Shown piece by piece: positions 1-9,282 of a DNA stretch of 64,000 nucleotides. This DNA is from Alkalispirochaeta sp. (GTDB lineage Bacteria > Spirochaetota > Spirochaetia > DSM-27196 > Alkalispirochaetaceae). Where the stretch lies: NCBI GenBank assembly GCA_965242725.1, contig CBDESZ010000018.1:32001-96000 (forward strand), written 5' to 3'. Position 1 is the first letter of the stretch; each line of letters starts with the position of its first letter. Below the pieces are notes generated by a model, which saw nothing but the letters and a program-made list of their open reading frames with translations, was not told where the DNA came from and made no database searches. The position numbers and the translations under genes are program-made.

Positions 1-40
1 CGAATACTATTCCGACGATTATTCGAGTACCTGTCCTCAT
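1..40 (-). CDS. 5' end of a CDS running off the window edge (MRTGTRIIVGIVF...), possibly secreted or membrane protein
   Basis: ATG at 40 on the minus strand preceded by a G-rich RBS-like run; open to position 1. Confidence 0.4.
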   Translation of the reverse strand, partial: MRTGTRIIVGIVF

Positions 41-345
41 AAAGCCCCCCAAAGCAAATGTATGTATACGTGCGCTTCCACGCGCACCTTGTTCCACGAA
101 CAAGGATGAACCTGAGATGTAAAAATTAGACTTTATGAATTAATACTTTGCAGTCGAGTAATATAAACAGACTATCACGATTCATTGAATTATCAACCAT
201 AAATATCGAAATCGAAAAAACAATTTTCGCCGGTATTCCATTTCGAACTTTATGACAGAGTCACCCCTGGATTCCTCGAAGAATGCCGTCGACATCAAAC
301 AGGTGAAGTCGCGGTGAACAGGCGGAAAGTGGGAAGGGCAGTGAA

Positions 346-1107
346 TTACATAAACGCCTTGAATATAAGCCCGGCAAGGGTTGCGAGAAGCGTCGAAAGC
401 AGTGTTCCGATAAGAAAATACTCGGCAAAGCCCCGGTCATCGAGCTGTTGAAACCGTGCTATCCCCTTTGCCACAAGCACATATCCGATCGCGTTCATAT
501 GACCGGTCAGGACCAACAGAAAAACGATTGTTCGTTCAAGACATCCGATAACCCTTCCGCGGGCGGGCTCGTCGATTTCCGCGGAGTCCCGGTCTGGAAG
601 GGCAACCGGTGACGGGGGCATGAGGTTGGTGCTTTTCAGAATCAGGGCGATGGGATGGTTGATTTCAAACGCGGCAAGGTACGAACCCGCAAGTGCGACA
701 AGTACGGCGTGGATCTGTGCCGCCGACAGAAGCTGTACAACCGGATTTGTCCCGATCAATCGCGTGAGCCGCAAAAAGGCGTGATTGAATCCACCGGTAA
801 TCGCCGGGTGTCCAAGGACAAATACGCCGATCAGAATATTGACGAGCAATGACAGTGTCCGGCCCGCGTTTCGATTAGCGACGGCCTTTGAAATGACGCC
901 GTGTATCCCGAATGTCATGACGGTTATGATCATAACGACGGCGACGTTCTCCCTCGTCATGACCGGCAGGATAATTGCCCCGGCGACGAGGACTGGAACG
1001 GCCGCGGACATGATTTTTTGCCCACGCCGGTTCTGCCGCACCCATTCCATTGCAGCCGGAACCATGAGTACGACGAAGAGCGTCCAGAACACATGGGTCG
1101 TCGTCAT
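346..1107 (-). CDS. DUF3307/SatE-like multi-pass membrane protein
   Basis: Several hydrophobic helices; C-terminal GRVIGCLER...AKGIARF...AEYFLIGTLLS motif typical of DUF3307-like proteins; ATGA overlap with the upstream satD. Confidence 0.7.
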   Translation of the reverse strand: MTTTHVFWTLFVVLMVPAAMEWVRQNRRGQKIMSAAVPVLVAGAIILPVMTRENVAVVMIITVMTFGIHGVISKAVANRNAGRTLSLLVNILIGVFVLGHPAITGGFNHAFLRLTRLIGTNPVVQLLSAAQIHAVLVALAGSYLAAFEINHPIALILKSTNLMPPSPVALPDRDSAEIDEPARGRVIGCLERTIVFLLVLTGHMNAIGYVLVAKGIARFQQLDDRGFAEYFLIGTLLSTLLATLAGLIFKAFM

Positions 1108-1760
1108 CGGGACGCCTCTTCAGTCGACCTCAGGTCCATACCTTTCTCAAACTCCTCTGTCAGGATACGAATCAACTGGACGACATCATCCAATGCATGT
1201 CGTGCAATCCCTTTATTCACCGCCCGAGGCGTGACGGACAATTCGGCTGCGATATCTTTGGTGGATGCCCCGGCCATGAGTCTCCGGAGGACGGTGAGGT
1301 TGTTGCGGCTCAGGTGGGCAATGACGTTTCCCATGAGCCTCAGAGATCCATTCATCAGCTGAATGGCGGGGAGATCAGGGGCGGTCACCTGGATTGTGTC
1401 TGTTGACGCCTGCTTCATCCCGTCTATAAGCCGTCGGGCCGCATAAAACGCCGGTCCGTCCATTTCCAGTGCCGCCTGTGTGTTGATATCGGTACTTAGC
1501 GCTCCGTAGGATAGTGCACATCTCACCTGCACCGGATGAATTGCGTGAACAATGCTCATGAGATCCGCAAAAATCGTATCCACGGCTCCGTACACCGCCT
1601 GAAACTCATCTCCCAGGGTGATGGTATAGGGTGAAAGGAGAGACGGCCCCGAGGACGTATTGATTTCCTCAAGTTGCCCTTTGAGGTTCCGTTGAAACTC
1701 CGCGCGCTGCCCGATCTTCTTTGATCCGATGATATCCGCGATAAGAACGACAACGTTCAT
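1104..1760 (-). CDS. satD: SatD family protein (nucleotidyl-cyclase/palm-like N-terminus plus C-terminal HTH)
   Basis: IADIIGS and TITLGDEFQ motifs, DGPAF motif, C-terminal STKDIAAELSVTPRAVNK HTH. Confidence 0.8.
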   Translation of the reverse strand: MNVVVLIADIIGSKKIGQRAEFQRNLKGQLEEINTSSGPSLLSPYTITLGDEFQAVYGAVDTIFADLMSIVHAIHPVQVRCALSYGALSTDINTQAALEMDGPAFYAARRLIDGMKQASTDTIQVTAPDLPAIQLMNGSLRLMGNVIAHLSRNNLTVLRRLMAGASTKDIAAELSVTPRAVNKGIARHALDDVVQLIRILTEEFEKGMDLRSTEEASR

Positions 1761-1766
1761 GGTTTA

Positions 1767-1795
1767 ATCATAACATTGCCCCGGAACGGTGACAA
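1767..1795 (-). promoter_or_regulatory. sigma70-type promoter of satD (TTGTCA-N17-TATGAT, extended -10), leaderless
   Basis: -35 at 1790-1795, -10 at 1767-1772, ATG 6 nt downstream, no SD. Confidence 0.6.
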
Positions 1796-1797
1796 CG

Positions 1798-1870
1798 AGA
1801 ACCATATAGGTTCTACATATATAAAGGAACTAAATAGGTTCTTATGGCGAGTAGGAACGCAATTGGTTCC
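1798..1870. repeat. Three palindromic GAAC-N7-GTTC boxes at exact 28-bp period (putative operators)
   Basis: AGAACCATATAGGTTCT 1798-1814, GGAACTAAATAGGTTCT 1826-1842, GGAACGCAATTGGTTCC 1854-1870. Confidence 0.8.
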
Positions 1871-1956
1871 CGTGAACGGTAGCCCGGTATATAATGGCAT
1901 ATTGGTAACACAAACCCGAGGGAACGGTGTTATATGGAGTAACGGAGGAACATAAA

Positions 1957-2622
1957 ATGACTCGACGATTGACAGGTGTATTTCTGGTCCTGAATGTTGT
2001 GGTCGTAGCAGGCCTTTTTGCCGGTCCGGCAGAAACGGAGTATCAGTGGGACCTCTCCGAGGAGGAGATGGTGCCGTACAACGGCGTGATTGAGGACTTT
2101 CTCGCGCAGCGTGAGGCGGAATCGATTGGCGAAATCACCATCGGGGAGATGCGTGAATTGGGTTCACGGCTTTCCGTACTGGCCCAGGAGGAAGATTACG
2201 TGCGCAGCGCCCGGCACGCGTCCCAGGCCTTTCCCGGTTCCGGACATCTGATGATCGGAGAAAACGGAATAGGTGCAGCCTATGTCACCGGATCGATCCT
2301 GGTTGTTGCAGCAACCGTTGTTGGCGCCTATTTTGTGTTGCCCGAGGCGGTACAGTTTCACGAGCTTGATTATATAAACGATTCCTTCGGCGATATCGAA
2401 CGAGCGTGGCGGGGTGAGAGTATTGCTTCCATCGCGCCGGCATTCGGTGTACTCCTTGCCGGCGGTGTTGTTCACGCGCTTCTTGGGGCGATTTCGTCGG
2501 AAGACGCGGAAAGACGGGCGCGGGAGCAGATCGTTTCGGGTGAAAAACGGTTTGAACCCACGCCGTTTATATATCCCGATGCCACGGGGCGGTTGATTCT
2601 GGGTGCCCGGATCGGGCTGTAA
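1957..2622 (+). CDS. Hypothetical exported/membrane protein
   Basis: GGAGG RBS before ATG 1957; signal-peptide-like N-terminus and two hydrophobic segments. Confidence 0.7.
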   Translation: MTRRLTGVFLVLNVVVVAGLFAGPAETEYQWDLSEEEMVPYNGVIEDFLAQREAESIGEITIGEMRELGSRLSVLAQEEDYVRSARHASQAFPGSGHLMIGENGIGAAYVTGSILVVAATVVGAYFVLPEAVQFHELDYINDSFGDIERAWRGESIASIAPAFGVLLAGGVVHALLGAISSEDAERRAREQIVSGEKRFEPTPFIYPDATGRLILGARIGL

Positions 2623-2653
2623 CGGCGTCGGCGGAATATTTGGTGGAGGAACG

Positions 2654-3289
2654 ATGAAGGAAGAAACATCAGCTTTTCCGGCGACGTTGTACGTTGACTA
2701 TCAGGAGCAGTCAGATCGCTTTACCGTCCTGTTACGACTGCTTTTGGCGATTCCCATACTGATTATCCTGGGATTGATGGTTGCCGGCGACGGGGACACT
2801 CATCACGAGACGGCAGAAGGGGTTCGTATTCAGGGAACGGCAATTGTGCTATTCCTGCCGACGATGCTCATGCTCGTCTTCCGCCGGAAATATCCCCGGT
2901 GGTGGTATGACTGGAACGTCGAGTTTACCCGGTTTACAAACCGGATCGGCGCCTATCTGCTTCTCCTCCGGGATGAGTACCCCTCCACGGACGAGGAGCA
3001 GGCGGTCCACATTAGGTTGTTCTATCCCGACGTAGAACACGATCTGAATCGATGGCTGCCGTTGATTAAGTGGTTCCTGGCGTTGCCGCACATTATCGTG
3101 CTCCTGATACTCTGGGCGGTGGTCATCATCTGTACCGTTTTTGCGTGGTTTTTCATCCTCGTTACGGGACGGTATCCCCGGAGGCTCCATCCCTTTGTGG
3201 AGGGCGTCATGCGGTGGAGTCTCAGGACGGCGGCATACGCATTCCTTCTGACCACCGATACCTATCCGCCCTTTTCCCTGCAGGAATAG
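2654..3289 (+). CDS. DUF4389 domain membrane protein
   Basis: Two internal repeats ending YLLLLRDEYP and YAFLLTTDTYPPF; GGAGG RBS. Confidence 0.8.
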   Translation: MKEETSAFPATLYVDYQEQSDRFTVLLRLLLAIPILIILGLMVAGDGDTHHETAEGVRIQGTAIVLFLPTMLMLVFRRKYPRWWYDWNVEFTRFTNRIGAYLLLLRDEYPSTDEEQAVHIRLFYPDVEHDLNRWLPLIKWFLALPHIIVLLILWAVVIICTVFAWFFILVTGRYPRRLHPFVEGVMRWSLRTAAYAFLLTTDTYPPFSLQE

Positions 3290-3344
3290 GAATCGGACCA
3301 CGGTAGAAGCGCGACGGGAGAAATAACTGCTGGCGACCGGTGTC

Positions 3345-3716
3345 TTATCGATGCTGGTCGATCAATACGGGATTGCCGTCGGGGTCCTCGAGGACGATAC
3401 TTCCCGGCCCCGAGTCGGTCCCGGCATCGTCGCTGGTGATGCGTATTCCCCGGCGAATCAGTTCATCCCGGATCTCCCGTACATCGGTGAACTCCGGGAG
3501 ATCTGCCGCCGACTGGTCCCAGCCGGGGTTGAAGGTGAGGATGTTTTTCTCAAACATGCCCTGGAAGAGTCCGATGACGTGCTCGCCGTTTTTCAGGATG
3601 ATCCATCCCTGTTCGGGTTCTCCGGCAAACCGCTCAAATCCGAGTTTCCCGTAAAATGCTATCGAAGCTTGTATGTCCTTTACGGCGAGACTGATTGAAA
3701 ATGCACCAAGGTTCAT
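3345..3716 (-). CDS. VOC/glyoxalase family protein
   Basis: SLAVKDIQASIAFYGKLGF ... DPDGNPVLIDQH motifs. Confidence 0.85.
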   Translation of the reverse strand: MNLGAFSISLAVKDIQASIAFYGKLGFERFAGEPEQGWIILKNGEHVIGLFQGMFEKNILTFNPGWDQSAADLPEFTDVREIRDELIRRGIRITSDDAGTDSGPGSIVLEDPDGNPVLIDQHR

Positions 3717-3921
3717 CGGCTCCTCCTTATCTCTGAAGATATCTCACCTATCATATCATATGTACCGGCGACGGGATTATTTTCCCCCTGCCCCGGGCGT
3801 GACTCCTTTTTGATCCGGTATGGCCCTTTCCACTGCGGGTGAGACGCGGGAGAGAACCGGATGGTTCAGTATTGGAAATAATGAATAATGCGGAGACCCG
3901 GGAGGGCTGGTACAATGGAGT

Positions 3922-5271
3922 ATGGAAAGCAGAAACCCCGCGACAGGAGTCCTTGTTGAGACGATCCCGGCGATCGATGACGGTGAGTTGGAGCGTCGCG
4001 TGGCTGCGGCAGGCGGCGCGTTTGGGCGATGGCGGTGTGAGCCTTTTCCGCGTCGGGCGGAGCTCGTTCTGGCGGCGGCGGATGTGCTTGAGGCCAATCG
4101 GGATGAGTACGCGGCGATAATCACCCGGGAGATGGGGAAGCCGATCGGTTCGGCCCGGGGAGAGGTTGAGAAGTGCGCGTGGGTATGTCGTTATTTTGCG
4201 GAGCGGGGTGAGGAGTTCCTCCGTGACGAGGAGCTTGAGACGGGGGACCGGGTGATCTTTCAGCCGTTGGGGCCCGTCCTGGCGGTGATGCCCTGGAACT
4301 TCCCCTTCTGGCAGCTCTTTCGCTTTGCCGCACCGGCGCTTATGGCGGGGAATACGGCGCTTCTGAAGCACGCTTCCAACGTTCCCCGCTGCGCCCTCGC
4401 CATTGAGGAGGTCTTCAGGCAGGCAGGATTCCCGGACGGCGTCTTTCAGACGCTGCTGATCGAGTCGGACCGGGTCGGTGCGGTGCTGGATGACCCGCGG
4501 GTTGCGGCTGCAACACTGACGGGAAGTACCGCCGCGGGCAGGGCGGTTGCCGCGCGCGCCGGGCTCAACATCAAAAAGACGGTGCTGGAGCTGGGCGGGA
4601 GCGATCCCTTTATCGTGATGCCCTCCGCGGTTATGGATGAAGCGCTGGATACGGCTGCGACGGCCCGCATGATCAATAACGGCCAGTCCTGCATCGCGGC
4701 GAAGCGCTTCATCGTCCATCGAGATATTGCCGATTCCTTTATTGCCGGCCTGGTGAAACGGCTGGAGGGGTACCGCATGGGAGACCCCGCGGATGAGAAG
4801 GTGCAGCTTGGCCCCCTGGCCACGGAGGCGATCCGCGACGAGGTTGCCGACCAGGTACGTCGGAGTATTGACGCCGGTGCGAGCCTGCGCACCGGCGGTT
4901 ACGTTCCCGGGGAGCGGGCGGGCTGGTTTTATCCGCCCACGGTGCTGACGGATATTCCTCCGGGCGCGCCGGCGAGGGATGAAGAGGTCTTTGGTCCCGT
5001 TGCCGCCGTTTTTGTGGTATCAGATGTGGAAGAGGCGATCGCCCTGGCCAATGAAAGTGATTTTGGCCTCGGCGCCTCCGTGTGGACCCGGGAGGAGGGC
5101 GAACAGGAACGTTTCGTCAGAGAGATCGCCGCCGGGGCGGTTTTTGTCAATCGCATGGTCGCCTCGGATCCCCGCGTTCCCTTCGGTGGAATCAAACTGT
5201 CAGGATACGGCCGCGAGCTGGCCGTGGCGGGCATCCGTGAGTTTGTGAATGTGAAGTCTGTGGTGGGGTGA
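3922..5271 (+). CDS. NAD(P)-dependent succinate-semialdehyde dehydrogenase (aldehyde dehydrogenase family)
   Basis: MPWNFPFWQ, LELGGSDP, NNGQSCIAAKRF, EEVFGPV, PFGGIKLSGYGREL. Confidence 0.9.
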   Translation: MESRNPATGVLVETIPAIDDGELERRVAAAGGAFGRWRCEPFPRRAELVLAAADVLEANRDEYAAIITREMGKPIGSARGEVEKCAWVCRYFAERGEEFLRDEELETGDRVIFQPLGPVLAVMPWNFPFWQLFRFAAPALMAGNTALLKHASNVPRCALAIEEVFRQAGFPDGVFQTLLIESDRVGAVLDDPRVAAATLTGSTAAGRAVAARAGLNIKKTVLELGGSDPFIVMPSAVMDEALDTAATARMINNGQSCIAAKRFIVHRDIADSFIAGLVKRLEGYRMGDPADEKVQLGPLATEAIRDEVADQVRRSIDAGASLRTGGYVPGERAGWFYPPTVLTDIPPGAPARDEEVFGPVAAVFVVSDVEEAIALANESDFGLGASVWTREEGEQERFVREIAAGAVFVNRMVASDPRVPFGGIKLSGYGRELAVAGIREFVNVKSVVG

Positions 5272-5351
5272 TAACGGCTATCTGCCGATGGGACCTAACG
5301 TCCGATACGGTAATAGGAAGGGACACGAAAGCGCAGATACCGTCTGAGTCG

Positions 5352-6068
5352 CTATTCCGTCCTCCGGACCGCCACAAATTCTATTTCCAGGATCACCTTG
5401 TCGTCCACGGCGGATACGATTGAGTTGCCTCCTACGTAGGGAATGGTAATATCAAAGTTGTCCCAGGTGATGGTGGTGGATCCATATCCGGAAATCTCCT
5501 CTTCCGAGGTGAGCTGAAGGGACAGGTCAAAGCTCACCGTCCTGGTTACATCCCGGACGGTCAGATCGCCGGTTGCCGTCAGGGAAATTTCGTCGCCCGT
5601 ACCTATTTGGTCGGGGACACCGGTGATTTCCGTCGGGCGGAAGGTGGAAAACTCGTATTCGTCGTTATTGGACTCCAGAATGAGGGTTCGTATGGAGCGG
5701 TCCCGCATTTCGTCGTCTGTGCGTATGGTCCTGACGTTAATTTCAAATTCACCGATCTCTATCGCCGGTTGGTCGTATCTGACGGCCACGGAACCGTCAA
5801 TCTGGTCGGTCGTGCCGACGACGGTGTTGGGCGAGCCGCGGAGTACTTCGTCAATGAGAAACCGCGCTTCCGAACGGCTGATATCGACGTCATAGGCGAT
5901 CCATTCCGGTTCCTCGGTATCCTCAGGTTGCACCGGTCGGGCAGCCACCTCCCGTGACGCTTCTCCTTCTCCTCCGGAAAACCATATATATCCGCTGAAT
6001 CCCGCGACAACGACGAGAAGAAATCCAAAAAGAATTCCAAGTACCTTTCCTACGCGTCGAATACTCAT
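5352..6068 (-). CDS. YceI family (polyisoprenoid-binding) protein with N-terminal membrane anchor
   Basis: SEARF, RD motif, GDLTVRDVTRTVSF beta-barrel pattern. Confidence 0.85.
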   Translation of the reverse strand: MSIRRVGKVLGILFGFLLVVVAGFSGYIWFSGGEGEASREVAARPVQPEDTEEPEWIAYDVDISRSEARFLIDEVLRGSPNTVVGTTDQIDGSVAVRYDQPAIEIGEFEINVRTIRTDDEMRDRSIRTLILESNNDEYEFSTFRPTEITGVPDQIGTGDEISLTATGDLTVRDVTRTVSFDLSLQLTSEEEISGYGSTTITWDNFDITIPYVGGNSIVSAVDDKVILEIEFVAVRRTE

Positions 6069-6103
6069 AGATTCAAGATAGATTTCTCCCGTCTCGACGG
6101 CAA

Positions 6104-7018
6104 CTATCCGACCAGAGAACCTTGAACGCGTCCAAGGAGGAGTCCCGCGATGAAGAGCACCGAAAAGAGAAAATGGAGCGCCGCCGTACGGGCAGGCAGG
6201 GCGGTAAGGTCTCCGGGGCCTGCATCGCCGGGAGGGGACACCCCGATGAGAATCTGCCTGGCACGTGGCGCCGAAAGCAGGACGATCAGAACGTGGGGAG
6301 GAGCGTAGTCGGCGGCGACAAGCACCCCCGTCGCGATATAGGCGCCTGCGACGAGTCCGAGGAAAAAACGCTCCGAACCGCGACGACCAAGCGCCCCCGC
6401 AAGGGTGAGCACCCGCGCACGCCTGTCCGTCTCCAGATCGCGAAGATTATTTCCGTGGAGAATTGCCGTGACAAGAAATGCCGGCGGCAGGGACAGGACC
6501 GGAGAGAACGGGCTCACTGACCCGGTAAGTGCCCACTCTCCCATCGCCACAAGAGCGGGGCCAATGAGAACAAAGACGGCAAGGTCACCGTATCCACGGT
6601 ATTTCAGACTGAATCTGCGGTTGGTATAAAAATACCCGCCCGCCGTCCCCGCCAGTCCGGCGACAAAAAAAACGGGTCCCCGGATGGTCGCAATCACCGC
6701 ACCGAGTGCGATGGCGAGGAGAAAATAAATATGTCCGCTGACAACCATGAACCGGGGCGTCACGATTCCCCTGATGATCGTATGGGTCGGGTCCCGATCA
6801 TCGGGACCGTCAACGCCGTGGCGGTAATCGAAATAGTCATTGAGGACATTGGTTCCCCCGTGAATGAGGAGTGCCGCCGCCGCAAAAAGGGGGTAGGTCC
6901 ACCACGTGACGGCATGCCCGGAATACGCTGCGGCGACCGCCGACAGGGCAATGGGCACGAGAGAAGCGGTAAAGGAGTAGGGGCGAAGGGAGAGAAACCA
7001 CCGTAGTACAGGGGTCAT
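6104..7018 (-). CDS. menA: 1,4-dihydroxy-2-naphthoate polyprenyltransferase (MenA/UbiA family)
   Basis: LRPYSF, NVLNDYFDYRHGVD, LKYRGYGD, NNLRDLETD motifs. Confidence 0.85.
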   Translation of the reverse strand: MTPVLRWFLSLRPYSFTASLVPIALSAVAAAYSGHAVTWWTYPLFAAAALLIHGGTNVLNDYFDYRHGVDGPDDRDPTHTIIRGIVTPRFMVVSGHIYFLLAIALGAVIATIRGPVFFVAGLAGTAGGYFYTNRRFSLKYRGYGDLAVFVLIGPALVAMGEWALTGSVSPFSPVLSLPPAFLVTAILHGNNLRDLETDRRARVLTLAGALGRRGSERFFLGLVAGAYIATGVLVAADYAPPHVLIVLLSAPRARQILIGVSPPGDAGPGDLTALPARTAALHFLFSVLFIAGLLLGRVQGSLVG

Positions 7019-8271
7019 CTGACCTTCCGAGAAGGGCGCGGGCGTGATGTCGATCCGGGTGCCTCGGCGGAACCGAGTGGATCGGACCGTCCTGCCGGGT
7101 CAACGGCACGGGCATAGTAGGCGAACCCCTTCCCTCCGCCAAAGTGGCGGAATCCGGACATGAAATAGTGCAACCTGATACCGAGGCGTCGACCCACCTT
7201 GAAGAGACCGAAGACACGGCCCACACTCTCGTCTCCGAGGGGAATGATCCACCCCAGGTCAACCGGGCGGAAAGACTTCATTTGTCTTTCCCCAAGCCAG
7301 GCGGCGACGTTTCCGCCGGCACGACGCCCGGAATAATAGGAGAAATTCACCGCCCGGCGGACAACGGTGCCGTCTTTCCGCTGCAGCGCCGCGGCGTCCC
7401 CGGCGGCAAAGATATCGGTATGCGCCGGAAGCTGAAGAAACTCATTGGTCACGATCCGTCCGTCCCGGGAAAAATCGGCGGTGAGGCCGAAATCCGCGGC
7501 GGTACCGACCATGCCACCGGCCCAGCAGACGAGAGGATTATCGATGACCGTGCCGTCGGAGAGGAGAACCGACTTTCCCGCCGGCACGTCGCCTGAATCT
7601 CCCGGGGCACCCGCAGTGACCTTCGTCACCCCGGTGCCCAACCGCAGTGAAATACCGATCGTCGACAGATAGTCTCTGATGCGTCGGCGTTCGCTCTCGG
7701 TGATCATCGGAAGAATATCGTCGGCCACGTCGGCAACGGTAATCTCCGCAGCCGTTCCCGCCTGGGAAACACCCTGCCGCAGGGCAACCGCCGTTTCCAA
7801 CCCGGTATATCCCGCTCCGACGATCAGAATATTGATATCCGGCGATGCGGCGAGACGCTCCTCCACGATCCTGCGGAAGGTGAGTGCCGATTCAAGGGTA
7901 TGTACGGCGTAGCATTGAATTCCGGACAGCGGTGAGGGAAGGGGGGACAGGCGCGATCCCGTCGCGACGACGAGCCCGTCGTAAGGGAATATACCTCGGT
8001 CCGTAATGACCATACGCCTTGCCGGGTCGACCCTTTCTACGGACGCGTTCACCACCCGCACAAAGGAACCCAGAATGTCCGGCAGGGGACGGTAAAGTTG
8101 CTCCCGTCCGATCTTCCCGGACAGGGCGTCGGGCAATGCAGGCACCATCGTGGCATTGCCGGTCCGGTCGATCAACGTAATCGACAGTGACCTGTCGCGG
8201 CGATGGGCTGCGAATGCCGCCTGTACGCCCGCAAATCCGCCTCCCAGGATCACTACGTTTTGTGTGCTCAT
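7015..8271 (-). CDS. Type II NADH dehydrogenase-like FAD-dependent oxidoreductase
   Basis: GGGFAG, YDGLVVATGS, GAGYTGLE, IFAAGD motifs. Confidence 0.8.
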   Translation of the reverse strand: MSTQNVVILGGGFAGVQAAFAAHRRDRSLSITLIDRTGNATMVPALPDALSGKIGREQLYRPLPDILGSFVRVVNASVERVDPARRMVITDRGIFPYDGLVVATGSRLSPLPSPLSGIQCYAVHTLESALTFRRIVEERLAASPDINILIVGAGYTGLETAVALRQGVSQAGTAAEITVADVADDILPMITESERRRIRDYLSTIGISLRLGTGVTKVTAGAPGDSGDVPAGKSVLLSDGTVIDNPLVCWAGGMVGTAADFGLTADFSRDGRIVTNEFLQLPAHTDIFAAGDAAALQRKDGTVVRRAVNFSYYSGRRAGGNVAAWLGERQMKSFRPVDLGWIIPLGDESVGRVFGLFKVGRRLGIRLHYFMSGFRHFGGGKGFAYYARAVDPAGRSDPLGSAEAPGSTSRPRPSRKVR

Positions 8272-8459
8272 CTGCGGCTAATGTACGATTGTCCCGTCTA
8301 CCCGGCAAGTTGGGCTACCGTTCCTTTGACGTGTGTACGCTCCGGCGGTATCGGCTTCTTGATCAATATTGAACTCGCGTTCTGCCGCGTTATTTTCGCG
8401 CGACTGCTGCGTAAAACCGGTTCGGGGGGCGGATAGTCCCCGATTTCACCTGAAAAGCA

Positions 8460-8855
8460 CTACTCCCAGAGTCTTTCGGCGCCGAGGGTGCTTAACGCTT
8501 CATCAATGCTTGCAACGGGCAGTTCTTCCATGACGCTCTGTGCTGCAAGCATTCTGTCAAAGGGATCCCGAAGGGTTCCGGGAATTGCCCCGGCCCGCAG
8601 TGCGTGCCCGGGGGTGATAGACAACTGGAGAAATCCGTCGGTGCGTATACGCTCGTCCCATTGGGCAATGATCGTACCACCGGAGGGCAGTTTCCCGATC
8701 CTGAACTTGGTCGATATCTCCCATGCCGACGCGGCGCTTACCAGAACCGTAGTATGCGGGTCCTTGAGGAGTCCGAGCACTCGGGGACTCAAGCGTGCGG
8801 GTTGGGACCACCACCACAGCAGTGTGTGGGTATCTAGAAGGATGCCTCCCGTCAT
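8460..8855 (-). CDS. vapC: PIN-domain VapC toxin
   Basis: LLDTHTLLWW, SAASAWEI..K, RDPFDRML.AQ; ATGA overlap with the antitoxin. Confidence 0.9.
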   Translation of the reverse strand: MTGGILLDTHTLLWWWSQPARLSPRVLGLLKDPHTTVLVSAASAWEISTKFRIGKLPSGGTIIAQWDERIRTDGFLQLSITPGHALRAGAIPGTLRDPFDRMLAAQSVMEELPVASIDEALSTLGAERLWE

Positions 8856-9076
8856 CGTTCCCACTGGTCCAGCTCCTCCTCCGGCAGTGGTTCAAAAAAA
8901 GTTTCCGGGATCGTGTCGGGATATCGTCCCGGGCGCCGTTCTTCCGGTTGTTCCAACGGCACCAAGCGAGCCCAGGGGATTCCCGCTTTGGCCACAACGA
9001 TCTCCTCTCCGCTGTGCGCGCGATCGACGAGCCGGGAAAACGCCGTCTTCGCTTCGTGAATGTTTACGATCTTCAT
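8852..9076 (-). CDS. Phd/YefM-family antitoxin
   Basis: VNIHEAKTAFSRLVDRAHSGEEIVVAKAG.P.ARLVP. Confidence 0.9.
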   Translation of the reverse strand: MKIVNIHEAKTAFSRLVDRAHSGEEIVVAKAGIPWARLVPLEQPEERRPGRYPDTIPETFFEPLPEEELDQWER

Positions 9077-9082
9077 AGTATG

Positions 9083-9111
9083 AAATTAGTCCGAGCGGAT
9101 GACTAAGTCAA
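9083..9111 (-). promoter_or_regulatory. TA promoter TTGACT-N17-TAATTT with overlapping operator palindromes (TTAGTC..GACTAA; TGACTAAGTCA)
   Basis: Direct inspection; ATG 6 nt after the -10 (leaderless). Confidence 0.6.
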
Positions 9112-9183
9112 CCAAGCATGTGCAGCCCCCAGGATTGGAGACGCAATCCCTTTACCCGTACCGTTTGTGTTTGGCACTATTAA

Positions 9184-9261
9184 CCTGCAACTCGGTGGAG
9201 AGTCTGCTTCCGATGGGAAGATGGGAATTGCTTTGATGTCGAGATTACTGATTATCATTGA
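9184..9261 (+). pseudogene. higB: C-terminal remnant of HigB (RelE-like) toxin
   Basis: In-frame WRVCFRWEDGNCFDVEITDYH* matches the HigB C-terminal consensus; in-frame stop at 9181 and no start; directly upstream of higA. Confidence 0.8.
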
Positions 9262-9282
9262 TTAGTCGTTGGAGGAAGGCAC

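Noticed and set aside
1798..1870. Periodic repeats as a mini-CRISPR or LexA SOS boxes
   Set aside because: Spacers are only 11 nt and no cas genes are present; spacing and orientation differ from GAAC-N4-GTTC (Gram-positive) and GTTC-N7-GTTC (alphaproteobacterial) LexA boxes
3751..4719. 322-aa minus-strand ORF
   Set aside because: Antisense shadow of the aldehyde dehydrogenase
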